A model generated the notes under the pieces. That model was not told the DNA's origin, did not search any database, and was given only the letters and a program-made list of their open reading frames with translations. The position numbers and the translations under genes were made by a program. From Enterovibrio norvegicus (lineage in GTDB: Bacteria; Pseudomonadota; Gammaproteobacteria; Enterobacterales; Vibrionaceae): 24,000 bases of DNA. Shown here piece after piece: positions 17,789 to 24,000 of this stretch. Location: the NCBI RefSeq assembly GCF_002876705.1, contig NZ_MDAG01000046.1, positions 53,175-77,174 on the forward strand, read 5' to 3'. Positions within the stretch are counted from its first letter, which is position 1, and every line of letters starts with the position of its first letter.

Positions 17789-18044
17789 TATCGCCCTTAA
17801 AGGCGATAGCGCAGCTGTTTTCGTGAAAACGTGAACATGTTTACGTGAGGATTAACCGTCACGTATGCGTCAGTAATGCCACGACTGTTTAAGTCTGTGA
17901 ACTATTCATGGCGTAAAAGATCGCTTAACGGTTTTTGATCCTAAGATCATAAGGATCATTAACCCAAAGTTGCTCTATCAGGGTTGCTGCTATATCGCCA
18001 ACGTTAACCCTTGAGGCGTGTTTTACCTGAGCATGTCTGGGTGA

Positions 18045-19244
<1,200 letters not shown>

Positions 19245-19258
19245 TCATACCCCAATAA

Positions 19259-19286
19259 GAAACCGCCCTAAGAGGCGGTTTTTTTT
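19259..19286 (+). terminator. Rho-independent terminator after obg
   Basis: AACCGCC (19261-19267) pairs with GGCGGTT (19274-19280) around a 6-nt loop, and the stem runs into a T8 run. Confidence 0.8.
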
Positions 19287-19369
19287 CGCCCAAATCAAAG
19301 TAAACCGAACAGAATTCACGTAAAACCGAAGTTCATCACATTGTGGTTAATATCTACGAGGGAGTGACC

Positions 19370-20158
19370 ATGGCGCAAGGAACAAGTGGAATGGATGAAG
19401 AGGCGCAGCGGAACGTTTCCCGCTTGGTGAGCCAAGCTGGCCAAATGTTGCTTCAACACGGTGCGGAAAGCCGTTTGGTGAGCGACATTTGTTGTCGCTT
19501 GGGTGAGGCGCTGGGATTGGACAGTGTTGAAATATCGTTGTCGGCCAGTTCGATGGTGATCACCACGATACACGATGATCACTGTATTACGACGGCACGC
19601 CGTTGCCCTGATCGTGGGATCAACATGCGGGTGATCACGGAGATCCAGCGTATTTTGATCATGACGGAAAAACACCTACTTGATAAAGATGGTGTAAAGA
19701 CGCGCTTAAATCGTATTTCCCCTCAGCGTTATAACCGCTGGCTTGTGGCCGTTGTCATCGGCTTTTCATGTGCGAGTTTCAGCCGCTTATCTGGTGGTGA
19801 TTGGTCGGTGTTTTCCCTAACATTTGTTGCTTCGTTCATCGGCATGGTTGTGCGTCAGGAAATTGGTCATCGTCAATTCAACCCTTTGCTAAATTTTGGT
19901 GTCACGGCCTTTGTGACAACGCTCATATCGAGCATTGGCGCCATGATGAGCATCGGCAATCAGCCTTACCTTGCCATGGCATCGTCAGTACTGATGTTGG
20001 TACCCGGCTTCCCACTGATTAACGCGGTGTCTGACATGGTAAAAGGGTACGTCAATATGGGCATTGCCCGTTGGGTGATGGCGAGCTTGTTAACCCTCGC
20101 CACAAGCCTTGGCATTGTCGGTGCGATGAATGTGACAGGCATTTGGGGATGGCTATGA
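19370..20158 (+). CDS. yjjP: ThrE-family exporter subunit, YjjP-like (DUF1212/ThrE N-terminal type)
   Basis: This is a 262-aa polytopic membrane protein with a soluble N-terminal segment (RLVSQAGQMLLQHGAESRLV) typical of YjjP/ThrE proteins. I chose the ATG at 19370, with GAGGGAG 5 nt upstream; the track ORF starts at a GTG at 19343. It is paired with a downstream overlapping YjjB-like gene, as in E. coli yjjP-yjjB. Confidence 0.8.
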   Translation: MAQGTSGMDEEAQRNVSRLVSQAGQMLLQHGAESRLVSDICCRLGEALGLDSVEISLSASSMVITTIHDDHCITTARRCPDRGINMRVITEIQRILIMTEKHLLDKDGVKTRLNRISPQRYNRWLVAVVIGFSCASFSRLSGGDWSVFSLTFVASFIGMVVRQEIGHRQFNPLLNFGVTAFVTTLISSIGAMMSIGNQPYLAMASSVLMLVPGFPLINAVSDMVKGYVNMGIARWVMASLLTLATSLGIVGAMNVTGIWGWL

Positions 20159-20619
20159 CACTGCTACTTGGTCTCCTTCATGACATGTTGTTTGCAGCGG
20201 TTCCCGCTGTTGGATTTGCCTTGGTGTTTAATGTGCCTGTGAAGGCCCTGAAATATTGCGCGATTGGTGGTGCGCTTGGGCACGGTAGTCGATATCTTTT
20301 GATGCACTACGGTGTGCCGATTGAATGGGCGACATTATGTGCAGCAACCCTAGTGGGTATGGTGGGGGTGTATTGGTCTCAACGTTTTATGGCGCACCCT
20401 AAAGTGTTTACGGTTGCTGCCATTATCCCGATGGTTCCGGGGGTGTTTGCGTTCAAAGCCATGATTGCATTAGTGGAAATTAATAGCTTGGGATTCAGTG
20501 ATGCACTCTGGGCGAGCATGATGAATAATGGCATTAAGGCACTGTTTATTATCGCGGCGTTAGCGATCGGTCTAGCAATGCCAGGACTCTTGTTTTACCG
20601 CAGAAAATCCGTGGTGTAG
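20155..20619 (+). CDS. yjjB: ThrE-family exporter subunit, YjjB-like (small 4-5 TM partner)
   Basis: The 154-aa hydrophobic protein starts MTLLLGLLHDMLFAAVPAVGFALVFNVP, similar in size to E. coli YjjB. The ATG at 20155 overlaps the yjjP stop as ATGA (20155-20158). An in-frame ATG at 20149 is an alternative start. The remaining upstream extension of the track ORF (20071..20148, in frame) lies inside yjjP. Confidence 0.8.
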   Translation: MTLLLGLLHDMLFAAVPAVGFALVFNVPVKALKYCAIGGALGHGSRYLLMHYGVPIEWATLCAATLVGMVGVYWSQRFMAHPKVFTVAAIIPMVPGVFAFKAMIALVEINSLGFSDALWASMMNNGIKALFIIAALAIGLAMPGLLFYRRKSVV

Positions 20620-20674
20620 CATAGTGATCTCTGAATAAAATACGACGCTCAATGACAAAGGAAATCCGTTCACG

Positions 20675-21154
20675 ATGAAAATCAGCATGATCGCAGCGAT
20701 GGCAAAAAATAGAATCATTGGTAAAGACAACACGATGCCATGGCACCTGCCTGCCGACTTTGGGTGGTTCAAACGCAACACCTTGGGAAAGCCTGTGATC
20801 ATGGGGCGAAAAACGTATGAATCTATCGGTAGACCGCTACCAGGACGTCGGAATATCATCATTAGCCGTAACAGTGAATGGATGGCGGAAGGCGTTGAAA
20901 GCGTGACCAGCATCGAGCAAGCACTGACCTTGGTTAAAGGTGTGGAAGAGGCTGTGATCATCGGGGGTGGGACGATTTATGATGCGTCACTTCCTAAGGC
21001 TGATCGCCTGTATTTGACGTTTATCGATGCGGATATTGAGGGCGATACCTGTTTTCCTGCTTGGGGAGAGGAATGGAAAGTCAGTCACTCTGAGCATTAC
21101 GCTGCGGATGAGAAGAACAAGTACAACATGGAATTTGTTGTACTCGATAGATAA
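20675..21154 (+). CDS. folA: Dihydrofolate reductase
   Basis: The 159-aa product reads MISMIAAMA.NR.IGKDN.MPWHLPADF.WFKRNTL.KPVIMGRKTYESIG.PLPGR.NI..S, the classic chromosomal type-I DHFR pattern. It is the same length as E. coli FolA and lies convergent with apaH, as in E. coli. Confidence 0.95.
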   Translation: MKISMIAAMAKNRIIGKDNTMPWHLPADFGWFKRNTLGKPVIMGRKTYESIGRPLPGRRNIIISRNSEWMAEGVESVTSIEQALTLVKGVEEAVIIGGGTIYDASLPKADRLYLTFIDADIEGDTCFPAWGEEWKVSHSEHYAADEKNKYNMEFVVLDR

Positions 21155-21174
21155 GTCGATCTTTGGTTTAGATT

Positions 21175-22011
21175 TTAGTGAGCATGTATTGGGCAAGGAA
21201 GAGTAAATCTTTGCCCATCTTCCCAACGCACCATCGTCAGCGAACCGCCCCAGACACACCCCGTATCTAGCCCTAAGACATTCTCTTGAAACACACCATT
21301 CAATGCTGCCCAATGACCAAACACCATCGTCTCTTTCATGGGTTTATTGCGTTCAACATCAAACCAAGGCATGAGTGAGTTGTCTTGTATCTTGTCGGGT
21401 GGGAGTTTACACGCCATGTCCAAGCCGCCTTCTGGGGTGAGAAAGCGCATGCGGGTAAATGCATTAATGGTGTAGCGAAGTCGTTCGATACCTTCTAAGG
21501 ATTTAGACCATACAGAGGGCTCATTCGCATACATGTTTTGTAAAAGCCATAGATAGCGATCGCTGCGTAAAACGGCCTCCACGTCTTGGGCGTGCTTTTT
21601 TGCTTTGGCGAGATCCCAAACGGGCGGCACGCCAGCGTGTGTCATGACAAAGCCTGGTGCAGTGCCATTATCTAACGCTTTGTGGATTAGCAGAGGTTGC
21701 TGACGCAGCCATGTAAGCAGTATGTTGCTATCAGGCGCTTCGAGTATGGGCAGTGTTTTGTCTTTTGCTTTGACCTTCATGATCCCTTCTGAAACAGCAA
21801 GAAGGTGTAGATCATGATTTCCTAAAACGGCGTGTCCGTGTTCGCCAAGGCCGTGAACAAAACGAAGTACTGCAAGTGAATCAGGGCCTCGCGCGACAAG
21901 ATCGCCGGCGATGTAAAGATGATCGATGTTAGGATCAAATTTGGCGATATCAAGTAGGTTGCGAAAATCGGAATAGCAACCTTGAATATCGCCAACAAGA
22001 TAGGTAGCCAA
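21175..22011 (-). CDS. apaH: Bis(5'-nucleosyl)-tetraphosphatase, symmetrical (Ap4A hydrolase)
   Basis: The 278-aa product starts MATYLVGDIQGCY, close to E. coli MATYLIGDVHGCY. It has the metallophosphoesterase motifs GDLVARGP and LGNHD. Confidence 0.95.
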   Translation of the reverse strand: MATYLVGDIQGCYSDFRNLLDIAKFDPNIDHLYIAGDLVARGPDSLAVLRFVHGLGEHGHAVLGNHDLHLLAVSEGIMKVKAKDKTLPILEAPDSNILLTWLRQQPLLIHKALDNGTAPGFVMTHAGVPPVWDLAKAKKHAQDVEAVLRSDRYLWLLQNMYANEPSVWSKSLEGIERLRYTINAFTRMRFLTPEGGLDMACKLPPDKIQDNSLMPWFDVERNKPMKETMVFGHWAALNGVFQENVLGLDTGCVWGGSLTMVRWEDGQRFTLPCPIHAH

Positions 22012-22019
22012 GAAAACTC

Positions 22020-22397
22020 CTAGTGAAGGATATTTGGCAGGGCTAGACGGAAAGGTGCGATGTCGATGGTGAACGGTGTCTCATCATCGTCAAACTGCAT
22101 GGAGTAATGACCTTGCATTACACCAACAGGAGTTTCAATGACAGTGCCGCTGGTATAAGTGTATTGATCACCCGCGACAATCACAGGTTGCTCGCCAACA
22201 ACACCTTCCCCTTCAATCACCAATTTCTTCTCATTCGCGTCTGTGACTAACCATTTACGACGTAAAAGCTGCGCATCACGGCCACCATTGTTTTCAATCG
22301 TGACCGTGTATGAGAACACATAACGTTTATTATCCGGTTCAGATTGCTCTTCAACATAGTGCGTGAGCACGCGAACCGTGAAATTGTTATTTACCAT
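22020..22397 (-). CDS. apaG: ApaG protein (DUF525)
   Basis: The 125-aa product has the same length as E. coli ApaG. It shows conserved blocks (FSYTVTIEN.G....QLL.R.W.VTDANEK...EGEGVVGEQP.I..G..Y.Y.S) and sits between rsmA and apaH. Confidence 0.93.
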   Translation of the reverse strand: MVNNNFTVRVLTHYVEEQSEPDNKRYVFSYTVTIENNGGRDAQLLRRKWLVTDANEKKLVIEGEGVVGEQPVIVAGDQYTYTSGTVIETPVGVMQGHYSMQFDDDETPFTIDIAPFRLALPNILH

Positions 22398-22418
22398 CCC
22401 TGTAATGTGTCCTTTTTA

Positions 22419-23228
22419 TTATTGTTGGTGGTTTGCGTCCAACCAGTTCGCCATGGCAACAAACTGAGCCAGAGTGAGGTTCTCTGGGCGCGTTGTTGGG
22501 TCAATGCCTAATGCCACGAGCGTATCGACGTCCATCAAAGCCTTAAAGCAGTTACGAACTGTTTTACGGCGTTGGTTGAAGCCTTCACGACATACTCGTT
22601 CTAACCATTTTAAATTGGTTGCTGGATGCGGAAGTTCTTTATGCGGCATCAGTCGAACGACGGCTGAATCCACTTTAGGGGCAGGTGTAAATGCCTCTGG
22701 TGGAACTTCTAACACCGGAACAACTTTGCAGTAGTATTGTGCCATCACGGTCAAACGACCATATGCTTTACTACCTGGACCCGCCGCCAGACGGTTAACC
22801 ACTTCTTTTTGCAGCATAAAGTGCATGTCTTTCACAGCGCCTGCGAAAGTGAAAAGGTGGAACATCAATGGCGTTGATACGTTGTACGGCAGGTTGCCGA
22901 AAATACGCAGTGGGTTTTCTGGTGAAGACAGCGCTGTGAAGTCGAACTTCATGGCATCACCCTCATAAATCGTCAATTTCTTTGACAACACAGGGTGGTG
23001 GCGCAGACGTTCGGCCAGATCGCGATCAAGCTCAACCACGCTGAGTTTGTCGACTTCTTTCGCAACAGGCTCAGTCAGTGCACCGAGGCCGGGACCGATT
23101 TCTACCAAGTTTTCACCTGGCTGAGGGTTGATGGCTGATACGATGCCGTCAATGATGTACGGGTCGTTTAGGAAGTTCTGGCCGAAGCGCTTACGGGCGC
23201 GGTGACCTAAGTGGACGTTATCGCTCAT
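22419..23228 (-). CDS. rsmA: 16S rRNA (adenine1518-N6/adenine1519-N6)-dimethyltransferase
   Basis: The 269-aa product has the block [23 protein letters not shown] and the SAM-binding motif [11 protein letters not shown], followed by [13 protein letters not shown]. This is colinear with E. coli KsgA/RsmA. The start overlaps the pdxA stop as ATGA (23225-23228). Confidence 0.95.
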   Translation of the reverse strand: MSDNVHLGHRARKRFGQNFLNDPYIIDGIVSAINPQPGENLVEIGPGLGALTEPVAKEVDKLSVVELDRDLAERLRHHPVLSKKLTIYEGDAMKFDFTALSSPENPLRIFGNLPYNVSTPLMFHLFTFAGAVKDMHFMLQKEVVNRLAAGPGSKAYGRLTVMAQYYCKVVPVLEVPPEAFTPAPKVDSAVVRLMPHKELPHPATNLKWLERVCREGFNQRRKTVRNCFKALMDVDTLVALGIDPTTRPENLTLAQFVAMANWLDANHQQ

Positions 23229-24000
23229 GCTTTCTTATCTACTAATTCAAGGGCGTGGGAGAGCGCTGTCCGCAGGCTTCCAGTATCCGCCGTTCCGGTA
23301 CCCGCTAAATCCAATGCGGTACCATGATCTACAGAAGTTCGGATAAAAGGCAGTCCAAGTGTAATGTTGACTGACTTACCAAATCCTTTAAATTTTAACA
23401 CAGGCAGGCCCTGATCGTGATACATCGCTAACACGGCATCCGCTTCTTTCAGGTACTTGTCTTGGAAAAGGGTATCCGCGGGCAATGGACCTACCAGGTT
23501 CATCCCTTGTTCTCGTAACTTTTCGAGAGCAGGTTCAATCACTTCGATCTCTTCTCTGCCCAAACAACCGTCTTCACCAGCGTGTGGATTTAAACCACAC
23601 ACATAGATTTTCGGCTCTTCAATACCGAACTTAGATTTCAAATCATCATGCAATATGTGGATGACTTGAAAAAGGCGCTCTTCGGTAATGGCTTTTGACA
23701 CATATGCAAGAGGGATATGCGTTGTTACCAGCGCAACACGCAATCCTTCTGTGGCAAGCATCATCACTACTTGCGGCACATTGGCTTGGTGTTGGAAAAA
23801 TTCCGTGTGCCCGCTGAACGAAACCCCAGAGCGATTAATCACGCCCTTGTGGACAGGGCCAGTCACCACGGCAGCAAACTCGCCTTGCATATTGCCTTCA
23901 GCCGCACGGCTTAATGTGTTTAGCACATACTTTCCGTTCGCTTCATTGAGCTGGCCTGCAATAACCTCTGCATCCAATGGCTCATCGCACACAACGAGCG
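23225..24000 (-). CDS. pdxA: 4-hydroxythreonine-4-phosphate dehydrogenase PdxA; the N-terminal ~75 codons lie beyond the right edge
   Basis: Conserved PdxA blocks are present: [47 protein letters not shown] and [34 protein letters not shown]. The track 'start' at 23992 is an internal GTG (Val), and the frame stays open to the window edge (...LVVCDEPL, compare E. coli ELVVCAD). Confidence 0.9.
   Translation of the reverse strand, partial: LVVCDEPLDAEVIAGQLNEANGKYVLNTLSRAAEGNMQGEFAAVVTGPVHKGVINRSGVSFSGHTEFFQHQANVPQVVMMLATEGLRVALVTTHIPLAYVSKAITEERLFQVIHILHDDLKSKFGIEEPKIYVCGLNPHAGEDGCLGREEIEVIEPALEKLREQGMNLVGPLPADTLFQDKYLKEADAVLAMYHDQGLPVLKFKGFGKSVNITLGLPFIRTSVDHGTALDLAGTGTADTGSLRTALSHALELVDKKA

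Noticed and set aside
19316-21313. Antisense or alternative-frame ORFs over yjjP (19316..19675), folA (20572..20961) and the folA/apaH junction (20987..21313)
   Set aside because: Each overlaps a confidently assigned gene and lacks translation signals and recognisable motifs.

Overview
This window looks like conserved core chromosome of a gammaproteobacterium. Gene order and protein sequences resemble Vibrionaceae, but that is an inference from memory, since no search was possible. I call 22 protein-coding genes, two of them cut by the window edges: msrA | tamA-tamB | fbp | mpl-ubiX | usp <- TAXI-type fused TRAP permease <- argR | mdh | lipoprotein <- ispB | rplU-rpmA | obg | yjjP-yjjB | folA | apaH <- apaG <- rsmA <- pdxA. 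Most blocks match well-known E. coli neighbourhoods: msrA/ytfM-ytfN, fbp/mpl, argR/mdh, ispB/rplU-rpmA...obgE, and folA/apaH-apaG-ksgA-pdxA. Clear Rho-independent terminators sit where expected. I found no rRNA, tRNA, CRISPR array, IS element, integrase, phage gene or toxin-antitoxin pair. I see no convincing novel multi-gene system here, and the window is essentially housekeeping. Two places merit a second look. (1) The TRAP locus at 9.8-13.3 kb has a TAXI-type fused permease with no solute-binding-protein gene next to it. The permease carries an extra, predicted periplasmic C-terminal domain with a PDZ-like GSPAEKAG motif and is followed by a universal stress protein gene. (2) The 382-bp non-coding rpmA-obg spacer contains a ~51-nt nested perfect palindrome, a run of overlapping alternative hairpins, and four GATC sites within 39 bp. 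All family assignments rest on my recognition of conserved sequence, not on database searches.
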